Assembly (NCBI GenBank): GCA_031552995.1
Contig: JAVBMB010000009.1
Location: 1,345-65,344, forward strand
DNA: 64,000 nucleotides
Direction of reading: 5' to 3'
From: Oscillospiraceae bacterium
Lineage (GTDB): Bacteria > Bacillota > Clostridia > Oscillospirales > Butyricicoccaceae
Shown: one piece after another, positions 9,301 through 16,738 of the stretch
Numbering within the stretch: the stretch's first letter is position 1
Layout of the letters: every line of letters starts with the position of its first letter
Translations under genes and position numbers: made by a program
The notes under the pieces: generated by a model
Told to the model about the DNA's origin: nothing
What the model saw: only the letters and a program-made list of their open reading frames with translations
Database searches by the model: none

Positions 9301-9616
9301 TATGCAGTACCTGTATCTGCACTCGGGCATTGGCGAGCAGACCGTGACCTTTGATATCTCTGATGAGTATGCCGATGTAGTATTTGATTTTGTCGTGACC
9401 GACAGCGACGGCAGCATTGTTGCGGAGTTCTCCTTAAAAGACGGTGAAAATTACACCGCTGCCGGTCTTGAGGCGGGTGAATACACCGTTACAGAAACAA
9501 CCACCGGTTGGACGACAACCTACAGCGTTGACAACGGCAAAGTTCTGGTCGTCGCCGGTGAGGACGCGCCCGTCACTGTAACAAACAAAACTGTTATTAC
9601 TGTCGTTGTAGTCTGA
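6374..9616 (+). CDS. large secreted surface-type protein with Cna-B/SpaA-like (prealbumin-fold) repeats and no LPXTG motif
   Basis: GGAGG lies 8 nt before ATG 6374, and the protein starts with a signal peptide (MKRKLLATILAVVMVFTLLPATVVAAED). Two domains of about 100 aa are near-duplicates (GVFSLQKMVEV...YIEIVAQEDG and GIFSIQKMVENV...YIEIVAKEDG). Two motifs are typical of Cna-B domains (IENLKPGTYTIEELEDGWKATY and AAGLEAGEYTVTETTTGWTTTY). The C-terminus is ...NKTVITVVVV. Confidence 0.75.
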   Translation: MKRKLLATILAVVMVFTLLPATVVAAEDNDNNIALPVSWTRSENAANAIAVNGGFGLSQIYQTPNVNMTATWAALNAIDANIEEGADPLNNRVWDGGNPDAANHYTNQHLHGTYTEYPTATITGEGTTRFRGTFSLKDLLDAGTTLTNLKVGLSMEATDNQQIALNDQMFVFVYPADAVIDEANFMDYYVFGAGFQWINQWVPEGTSGTVSFNGVDVVRTFRDFGYYPSFGEEAAAYEAYGSLIEGLGYPGWQGMTEGWFGNGVNYRLYDDLANGALTGINHLYVSDGLFFHNFDSQLEVDLTTGYDTIPENWIIDIFAVNTDVVGGLSKIGVYANWEPTVTKNGVFSLQKMVEVADGYVSGEAGFVFNAYAGIDSEGNPVGDIIATATTNDAGIASFKSDDLVPGEKYYVFEAMDADQSLIYIFGAQGAYIEIVAQEDGQTVVAKEFFNDLIPGTGTLVIGKELGRKVDISGSITGGYPEEAVPNAKGKYDHSSYKHSLSVLNKNTWFQYNEFSNGSGGTFDLVQGDKLKDVGEYTITAEGNGWFTVSFPDLIEAVGARLSISNKILGAKNQNDKNYNANNIWTTSPGQQQFSFSGNSFRFYAPWVKTNETVYVYLHLDGLTGYADTYHAEPGQTFTVLVTGPSFPDGKEFEVPMNSSIRIENLKPGTYTIEELEDGWKATYYVNGSTVGIEERFVEVIVIKDEVTTVKMTNEPGVWPNGIFSIQKMVENVELGYIAGDAGFVFNAYAEIDADGNPVGNIIATATTGADGIARFNSKDLITGKTYYVFEAMTPEQELIYVFGAQGAYIEIVAKEDGEFDTAEDFFNDLAFGSITVTKAVEAYKDKVYSVNTVTGGDDASETVVQGSWMRPKYIDVTAILNGTPFEANLVAGSDLTPVGTYSISAAGDGGLVVELKYDEGVEANAITWIVFGNAYAGQSHSGGGPNRPGHYVSSSFGESVTIPADDVKAMTDASGNMQYLYLHSGIGEQTVTFDISDEYADVVFDFVVTDSDGSIVAEFSLKDGENYTAAGLEAGEYTVTETTTGWTTTYSVDNGKVLVVAGEDAPVTVTNKTVITVVVV

Positions 9617-9642
9617 TAAAAAACAGGCAAATTCCAATATGC

Positions 9643-9676
9643 AGCCGGCAGGCTATCTCAGCCTGCCGGCTATTTT
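9643..9676 (+). terminator. rho-independent terminator
   Basis: AGCCGGCAGGC-TATCTCA-GCCTGCCGGCT forms a perfect 11-bp stem followed by ATTTT. Confidence 0.8.
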
Positions 9677-9707
9677 CCGAAATACACAGGCTCAGGAGGT
9701 TGTTAAA

Positions 9708-11972
9708 GTGCTAAAGCGAATATTTTCTTCTTTTCTTTGCGCAGTAATTGTGATTATGCTGTTTCCGGCTGTTCCGGCCATTGCTGCGGAGGATTTGGAA
9801 GGTGGGTATCTTGATGAAATCATCATTGGGTTCTATCCGCAATCTAATTTCCCCGGCAAGGAAAAGCAATATGACAGCGAGGTTGCAAAAGTCCTGAAAG
9901 ATGGGTTTGGTCTCGACAAGGTCAAGGAAAATGTCTATGTTGTAAAAGCGGAAGACTTGTCGAAAAATCCAACTGCCGTGCTGAATCGCTTTAAGAACAG
10001 CGAGTTCATAGAGTATGTGGAACCGAACTATATTGCCAAAGCCGAACTGATCCCAAACGACCCGGATTACAAGGTATATACTCAAAGAGGGTTTTCTTCC
10101 AAGAACCTTGAGGGCATGTGGGATGTCACGAACAGTGTCGAAACGGTTGTCGCGGTGCTCGACACAGGCGTTTATGCGGCGCATGGCGACTTGGTCGGGC
10201 GGGTTCTCTCCGGCTACGACTTTGTAAACAACAAAGCGGGAACCGCAAATGATGACAACGGTCATGGTACATGTGTCGCGGGGACAGTGGCCGCAAAGGG
10301 AAACAATGGTGTGGGCACCGCCGGTATCAACTGGGGGGCATACATACTGCCGGTAAAGGTTCTTGATTCCAAAGGCAATGGCTCTGTATCCAACATCGCA
10401 AAAGGCATCATGTGGGCCGCGGACAATGGGGCTAAAATAATCAATCTAAGCCTCGGAACGACTGTGGATTCAGTCACGCTAAAGGCCTCCATTGATTATG
10501 CGGCTACCAAAGGTTGCATCCTTGTTGCGGCGGCGGGCAACACAGGCAAGAATGTTGTAGAATACCCGGCGCGCTACAGCAATGTTATAGGGGTGGGCTC
10601 CGAGACGGGCGCGGGGGTTCGCGATCCAATAACCTGCTACGGCACCGGTCTCGATATTCTCACTATAGGCTCATACCGCACAACCACGATGGCGGGTGGC
10701 TACGGTACAGCGGCGGGTACCTCATTCTCCGCGCCGCAGGTGGCGGGCGTGCTGTCTCTCGCCCTCGATTATTATCCGAGTTTGGATATATACAGCGCGA
10801 AGGATTTGATTTCCGCCGCCGCCGTAGATGTCGGCGCAGCGGGCTGGGATGCGGACACCGGATATGGGTATCTTAACTTTATGCGCTTTATCGAGACTGC
10901 GATATCCCTCGGCACCGAACAAAAACCCGATGACAAAACGCCGCCGGTGCTCACATTAAAGGGTGAAACAGCGATTGAGCTTATCGAGGGCGACACATTC
11001 GTAGAACCCGGTTGGACGGTAACCGACGACACCGACGGCGACTTAGCGCATGCCGTTGTTGTTTCGGGCTCGGTTGCAACCGCTTATGAGGGGATATATA
11101 CGCTGAGCTACAAAGTGTCTGACAAAGCGGGCAACACTGCTACAGCATCACGTACCGTAACCGTATCTCCCTCGCCTGCTCCATCGATTGATGTGCCGAA
11201 ACCGCCTGTCATATCTCAAATAGGCTCCAATCCGATAATCCTTCATCTCGGCGGCAGCCCGTATACCGAGCAGGGCGCAAAAGCGTATGACGACATTGAC
11301 GGAGATATTTCACATCTTGTGACACAAAAGGGAAATGTCGACACTTCACGCGCGGGAACGTACCATGTGACGTATTCGGCCATAAACAGCGCCGGATTGG
11401 AAGCGTCGGTCACCCGTGAAGTGAGAGTGCTTGCGCCGCAGGAAAGATATTCCGACCGTACCCCGTACAGATTCAGCGATCAGGGCAAGTCGGGCTCATC
11501 ATTCATACACAATTTCATATCAGACGCTGACGGAACTGTTACCCTGTCTGTATCCGGCCTTAGCAAAACAACGATAACTGTCTCTATAAAAAGCGATGAC
11601 GGACGTCAGGTGTTTTGTGAGACTTTCAAAGGAAATTCTTCCAGAGACTTCTGGGCCGCGACCGGCTCGTATACGGTAACAATGTCTATAGATTCCGCAA
11701 ACGGCAATCAAAGAGTAGATTTATCCCTGCTGATGCCGGAAGAACTCTATGTATACTTCGCGGAGGAGGAAGTGCCGCTGCCCTCTTGGGATGCGGTATC
11801 AGGAACTACCTCCTATACAGTCGCAAGCGGCGACAATCTCTCCCGCATTGCTTACCGGCTGTACGGGGACAGCTCCCGCTGGCGCGAAATCTACGACATG
11901 AACAGAGCGGTTATCGGGGACAATCCAAACCTTATTTTTCCCGGCCAGGTGCTGACTGTTAATACAAAGTGA
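9708..11972 (+). CDS. secreted subtilisin-family (S8) serine protease with two Ig-like (DUF5011-type) domains and a C-terminal LysM domain
   Basis: AGGAGG lies 8 nt before GTG 9708, and a signal peptide follows (LKRIFSSFLCAVIVIMLFPAVPAIAAED). An I9-like propeptide is present. The catalytic motifs are VAVLDTGV (Asp), HGTCVAGTVAA (His) and GTSFSAPQVAGV (Ser). Two blocks resemble PPVL..G...IELIEGDTFVEPGWTVTDDTDGDL. The C-terminal LysM reads YTVASGDNLSRIAYRLYGDSSRWREIYDMNR. The upstream part of the track ORF (9639-9707) covers the terminator. Confidence 0.9.
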   Translation: MLKRIFSSFLCAVIVIMLFPAVPAIAAEDLEGGYLDEIIIGFYPQSNFPGKEKQYDSEVAKVLKDGFGLDKVKENVYVVKAEDLSKNPTAVLNRFKNSEFIEYVEPNYIAKAELIPNDPDYKVYTQRGFSSKNLEGMWDVTNSVETVVAVLDTGVYAAHGDLVGRVLSGYDFVNNKAGTANDDNGHGTCVAGTVAAKGNNGVGTAGINWGAYILPVKVLDSKGNGSVSNIAKGIMWAADNGAKIINLSLGTTVDSVTLKASIDYAATKGCILVAAAGNTGKNVVEYPARYSNVIGVGSETGAGVRDPITCYGTGLDILTIGSYRTTTMAGGYGTAAGTSFSAPQVAGVLSLALDYYPSLDIYSAKDLISAAAVDVGAAGWDADTGYGYLNFMRFIETAISLGTEQKPDDKTPPVLTLKGETAIELIEGDTFVEPGWTVTDDTDGDLAHAVVVSGSVATAYEGIYTLSYKVSDKAGNTATASRTVTVSPSPAPSIDVPKPPVISQIGSNPIILHLGGSPYTEQGAKAYDDIDGDISHLVTQKGNVDTSRAGTYHVTYSAINSAGLEASVTREVRVLAPQERYSDRTPYRFSDQGKSGSSFIHNFISDADGTVTLSVSGLSKTTITVSIKSDDGRQVFCETFKGNSSRDFWAATGSYTVTMSIDSANGNQRVDLSLLMPEELYVYFAEEEVPLPSWDAVSGTTSYTVASGDNLSRIAYRLYGDSSRWREIYDMNRAVIGDNPNLIFPGQVLTVNTK

Positions 11973-12008
11973 TCCTTTTCTCTCTTCTTCTGGCTAAAGA
12001 CATATTGC

Positions 12009-12041
12009 AAAAGCCGGCTGCCTTAACGGTAACCGGCTTTT
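12009..12041. terminator. hairpin terminator (A-tract/T-tract flanked, possibly bidirectional)
   Basis: AAAAGCCGG-N15-CCGGCTTTT lies 37 nt after the protease stop. Confidence 0.55.
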
Positions 12042-12333
12042 CAGTTATGCCCAACTGATGTTAGACGGCGGCTCCTGCAATCTGGGTAATGCAGAAACTC
12101 ATATGGGTTTTGTAAACTGCTCTGGTATAAGCATGACTGCGTTTTTTGAGCAACAACCAGTTATCCATAAACCAGGGTGGACATCTCTAGCATAATTCTA
12201 TCATCTTTTCATGTATCCCCGCTCATTTCGCAGGCTGCCCCCTGCATCTTTTTCATTCAAACTATACATGTCATTATGAGCCACGCCGCGAGGCGCGGCT
12301 CATAATGCTTTATATGGAGTTGTGAGCCTCCGT

Positions 12334-12999
12334 TCAACTTATACACCCTACAAAATTGTACTTGATTTGCACGGTCTCCATCCGTATGCCGCACTCATCA
12401 CTTTGTTCGTGGACGCTGATTTGGTCGATAAGCTGATAGGCTGTTGCCCGATCAAGCCTGTCGATGGTGACGCACTCTTTCATCAGGTTCATCCATCGCT
12501 GTATGTCGGCTCGGCTGTTCCGATTCTCCTGAATAAGCCTCCGCAGTTCAATCGCCGTTTCGTTTAGCTCGGCAATCTCTCGCTCGTAATCGGCAAACAT
12601 TTTCTTGAAAAGGCCGTCTGGCACGTTGCCTGTAATCTTTTCCTCAAACAACCTTTTGCTTGCGTCCTCAATAAACAATATGCGGCCTTTCGCGTCGCGC
12701 AGGGATTTTTCTCTCGCGACGGTTTCGTTCTTGTAAGCCTCGCCGGAAAACGCGAAAAGCCTGTCAAGAAGCCGCGCTCCATCCAATACCGCTGTTTTAG
12801 CGTGATGTTGGATGTCATGCAGGATAACGCTTTCAAGCACTTCAACATCAATCGTGTGCGTAGTACAGGATTTTGCACCATTGTTGGCGTAGCGGCTGCA
12901 ACGATAAAAGAGCTTTTCATCGCCGTTTTTGCGAACCTTGCGATTGAACGCCATACTGGCTATTAGGCAGAAAAACACGAAAAATCTCGGAGAACACAC
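12334..12999 (-). pseudogene. remnant of a large serine recombinase (zinc ribbon, coiled coil and DUF4368-like tail only)
   Basis: The translation contains LFYRCSRYANNGAKSCTTHTIDVEVLESVILHDIQ..., a coiled coil, and ...LDRATAYQLIDQISVHEQ...IKYNFVG, which is the C-terminal third of TnpX/TndX-type recombinases. The resolvase and recombinase domains are absent. The first ~15 codons of the track ORF look unrelated and start at GTG. Confidence 0.7.
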
Positions 13000-13128
13000 A
13001 AAAATATTTTGTTTCCCGAAATCATAGATGCTATTTTTTTGCTAACTGTGCCGCATATGATAAAAAAGTGTGATATAATTACGGAAATTGCTCACACTGT
13101 CCCATGGAATGTTTCGAAAGGAGATAAA

Positions 13129-15444
13129 ATGAAAAAGGCAGCATGCGTACTTTGTATTTGTTTATTACTCAGCGTCTGGTACGGCGCTGCGGGTATCGAA
13201 GCTTTGGCTGCGGATGATATTGCCGCAAAGCGCAATTTTGTTCGAGGCAACATATGCGTCAGCCCGAGGTCGAACACGTACTTTATACAAGGCGACGGCA
13301 GCCTTTGGTCTGCCGGCTGGGATAGCGCGGGGCACGACGTTACCCCGATTCTGGCACAAAACGCGCCTCAAAAGGTGATGGAAAATGTACAGGCGGTGCA
13401 AAACAGCGACTGGTCGACACTTGCGCTCGACCATGCCGATACGCTATGGGCTTGGGGCAATAATGCAAACGGCAACCAGGGCACCGATTTCATTTCGGCA
13501 GTTCCGGCAAAGATCCTGGACGCAGTGTCTTCCTTTGATCTGGGTGGGAACTATACGCTGGCCGTTCGGAAGGACGGAACCCTTTGGTTTTGGGGCTTTA
13601 TGCATGACGTGAACCAAAAAGACCCTACACAAAACCCGCAGTATCTGCCGGTGCAGATTATGGCGGATGTAAAGCGTGCCTCGGCGGGAGGACCATATGG
13701 GCTCGCCATCAAAAACGACGACAGCCTTTGGACATGGACGTCTGCTTGGGATGATTATCAAGACCGCTGGGTAACATCGCCGGTAAAAGTCATGGATGGC
13801 GTCGCCTCGGCCTCAAACGGCATGGCTATCGGGCTTGACGGAACATTATGGGGCTTTGAGGTGGATTATAACGCCGGGAAAACGCTGACGCCGGTCAGGC
13901 TGCTTGATAACGTGGCCGATACCGGCCGTAGCGGTTCATATTATCTGGCACGGGACAAACAGAATGCGCTTTGGGCATGGCCTTTTGACCATTTCAACTC
14001 TGGGGCTGTGATGGTGGCCGGCGACTGCGCATATTTCGTTGCCGTTTGCGGGCAATCCATTCTTTACATCAACACCCATAACACGCTATGTCAGGTTGAA
14101 CTAAAAGACAGCACTTCTAAAGCCCTTCAGGTGGAAAAGGATGTGCTTTACGCTGCTGCAAGCCACGACTCGGTCTTACTGTGCGTTAAACTTGACGGCA
14201 GTCTGCTGCTGAGGCCGCTTTTAAACCTGGCAGACAGCAAAAACCGCGCGACGGCGGCAAAGGATGTTATGCTGGCGCCCCTCCAAAGCAGCGCGGGCGG
14301 CTTGCCGACCGACCCGACATATCTGCCCGAATGGATTCCGGTCAACCAGTTCCGGGATACGAGCGGGCACTGGGCCGAAAAAGCCATCCTACGGTGGGCG
14401 GGATATGGCGTGTTGCGCGGAGATCAGGTGGCATTCCGTCCCGATGATCCGGTTACCCGGGCTGAGTTCTCGGCGGTGCTCAACCGCGTCATGGGCTATA
14501 AACCAAGTGGAGCCGCCGACTTTAAAGACGTGGTTAAAACCGCATGGTATTATGACGACATCACAAGGGTTTACGCCGCCGGTGTCCTTGAGGGCGACGG
14601 CAAAGGCAGCCTGCGTCCGCTCGATCACATTACCCATGAAGAAGCCTGCGTCATGCTGGCGCGTGCTTTTTCTCTGAAAAATATTTCAAACAACGCCGTG
14701 CAGTTTGAAAACGTATCCTATTGGGCGAATGAAGCTGTGAGCACCATGAGCAGCGACGGATATCTGCCCGTTGATGAAGGCTACGTCTTTGAAGCACAGA
14801 AACCGATCACCCGTGCGGGAGTCGCGGCTATTTTGGACAGACTGATAGCGTTATATATTGATGAGGCGGTGTATTTCGGCGATGTCGATAAAAGGCATAC
14901 CATAAAAGGAAACGTGCTTATCAATACAAACAGCGTTTCGCTGCGCAATATGACGATTTCCGGCAATATATACCTTGCGCCGGGAATAGGCGATTATTTT
15001 ACAAAGACTCTCATTCGCGATGTCGTGCTTGATGGAACGCTGTATGTGAATTGCCCCGGACTGCGCGTCACGCTGAGGGATTCAGAAGTCCCACGACTTA
15101 TCGTCCAGGCGGGCGAATTGGCTAAAATCACGACCACCGGACAGGCCGAGGTGAAAAATACAGTTTTGCGTAGCTCCGTTCGGCTTACAGAAGAGCATCA
15201 TTCAGACAGCGGCGCTGGATTTGAGAATATCCTTATTCCTGCCGACTGCCGGGGCACTGATGTGGTGTTAGACGGCAGCTTCGCGTTCATTGAGAATCGG
15301 CTGGCCGGCTGCAGGATTAACATAACCGGCGCGGTTGACGTGCTTTATGCTGCAGAGGAAACCACGCTTGCGGGCGAACACGGCATCGGAAAAACGTATC
15401 TGAAGGGCGAGGTTCCTCAGAACAGGCCCATGTGGGAGGAGTAG
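13129..15444 (+). CDS. cell-wall-associated protein with RCC1-like beta-propeller repeats, three SLH domains and a C-terminal beta-helix-like region
   Basis: AAAGGAG precedes ATG 13129, and a signal peptide follows (MKKAACVLCICLLLSVWYGAAGIEALAADD). RCC1-like repeats are present (LWAWGNNANGNQG, GTLWFWG, DSLWTWT). Three SLH units are present (FRDTSGHWAEKAILRWAGYGVLRG..., FKDVVKTAWYYDDITRVYAAGVLEGDG..., FENVSYWANEAVSTMSSDGYL...). Confidence 0.85.
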   Translation: MKKAACVLCICLLLSVWYGAAGIEALAADDIAAKRNFVRGNICVSPRSNTYFIQGDGSLWSAGWDSAGHDVTPILAQNAPQKVMENVQAVQNSDWSTLALDHADTLWAWGNNANGNQGTDFISAVPAKILDAVSSFDLGGNYTLAVRKDGTLWFWGFMHDVNQKDPTQNPQYLPVQIMADVKRASAGGPYGLAIKNDDSLWTWTSAWDDYQDRWVTSPVKVMDGVASASNGMAIGLDGTLWGFEVDYNAGKTLTPVRLLDNVADTGRSGSYYLARDKQNALWAWPFDHFNSGAVMVAGDCAYFVAVCGQSILYINTHNTLCQVELKDSTSKALQVEKDVLYAAASHDSVLLCVKLDGSLLLRPLLNLADSKNRATAAKDVMLAPLQSSAGGLPTDPTYLPEWIPVNQFRDTSGHWAEKAILRWAGYGVLRGDQVAFRPDDPVTRAEFSAVLNRVMGYKPSGAADFKDVVKTAWYYDDITRVYAAGVLEGDGKGSLRPLDHITHEEACVMLARAFSLKNISNNAVQFENVSYWANEAVSTMSSDGYLPVDEGYVFEAQKPITRAGVAAILDRLIALYIDEAVYFGDVDKRHTIKGNVLINTNSVSLRNMTISGNIYLAPGIGDYFTKTLIRDVVLDGTLYVNCPGLRVTLRDSEVPRLIVQAGELAKITTTGQAEVKNTVLRSSVRLTEEHHSDSGAGFENILIPADCRGTDVVLDGSFAFIENRLAGCRINITGAVDVLYAAEETTLAGEHGIGKTYLKGEVPQNRPMWEE

Positions 15445-15832
15445 GGCGCAATAATCCGCTTTATTGCTGGGCGATTTGTCAGCGCTCTCTAAACGAGGGC
15501 AATGCACAAAAAGGGCTTTTAGCTTTTTACAGATTATTTATATGAATGTTTAAAATAATAATATATTTTTCTCCTTTATAGGTAGACTTGCAAGTCAAAT
15601 AGACTTAAAGGAGAATAAAAAAGCTACAAATTATGATTATATTGCGCAAACGAATATTGGATGCAATCTCAGAATTATACGAACCGCCGCATAGATCATA
15701 GTTATGGGTGGGTTGAGCCAAGCCGGGACTTTGGCATCACCAGTGGGTTATTACGGCATTAACTGAGGCTTTTTCGAATATCCCCATCACCATCCAAACT
15801 ATCTGGATGGTGCAAATACAAAATATATCGCC

Positions 15833-16347
15833 ATGAATAATGGTGCAGGCATTTATGGAAGCGCATGGCATCAGGGAACTGAAAATCGTATGGGCAGAGC
15901 CTGCCTGCAGCATGACGGGTCAGACCTTAAGTGGTATAGTTCCGGCGCAGCATCCGATGATGATCTTTCCGATACGATATACTGGCACAGGGTGGACCAA
16001 ATCTCAGATTTGGCTTGAAGGACGGATTGTTTGAAACGGCACTAAGCGGAGAACTTGCCGGCAACTATAGTTCCTCTGCATACCGCTCGGCAATTTGTGC
16101 AAACCTCAATACAAACACAGTATACCTAATTGTTTCAACCACTCTATGCAATGTTGCCACATTCAGAAAAGCCCTTCACGGTTATCTTTGGGTGCCAAAT
16201 TATCAAACGACAGAGCATAGCTACATCGTGGGCATAGTCTTAGATGGGGGCGGCTCATCCTCTATGCGCTGCGCCGAAATAAGTTTTCAAGCAAACTGCT
16301 CAAGCAGGTCGCTGTCTCAGATTATCGCATTGCGTGATATCAGCTAA
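15833..16347 (+). pseudogene. possible frameshifted phosphodiester-glycosidase-like (NAGPA/DUF2233-type) gene remnant
   Basis: Two abutting ORFs lie in different frames (15833-16018 and 16015-16347, the latter with a TTG start). The second carries RSAICANLNTNTVYLIVS...IVLDGGGSSSM, which is reminiscent of the LDGGGSS core of that family. No convincing RBS is present. Confidence 0.3.
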
Positions 16348-16521
16348 CAGGTTTAGCTAAGGTACCATGGGATCAGGGTTTTTATAGATGCCCTGATCCC
16401 CCGGTCTGGGAAATGTGGAAACTTTGTCAGCGTGACAAATATTGACGGCATGAGTGCTTTGCGCTTGCGGCCACGCGAAAAGAGCACAGGAGAACAATCT
16501 AAAAAAGTTGTATTAGCGAGA

Positions 16522-16560
16522 GGCGGGACTGCCCTTTTAGAGCAGTCCCGCCTTGTTTTT
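16522..16560 (+). terminator. rho-independent terminator
   Basis: GGCGGGACTGC-CCTTTTAGA-GCAGTCCCGCC forms a perfect 11-bp stem followed by TTGTTTTT. Confidence 0.7.
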
Positions 16561-16738
16561 AGTCTTCGTACATCGCGCTGCACCACGCCACCGTTATCAA
16601 CATCAAGGACAAAAACCTGCAAAATCAATTCGGCGTTGACAAACGCAGGCTGCTGACAAACTGTGCCGAGAGGATCCAAAAACATTTGTCATAGCCGGTC
16701 ACAGAAAAAATGTTTCGTCTGTTTGTGCGTGTATTGCA

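Noticed and set aside
16353-16685. A 110-aa ORF on the minus strand between the pseudogene and the GLUG gene.
   Set aside because: It spans a strong plus-strand terminator hairpin, has no RBS and has no recognisable motifs.
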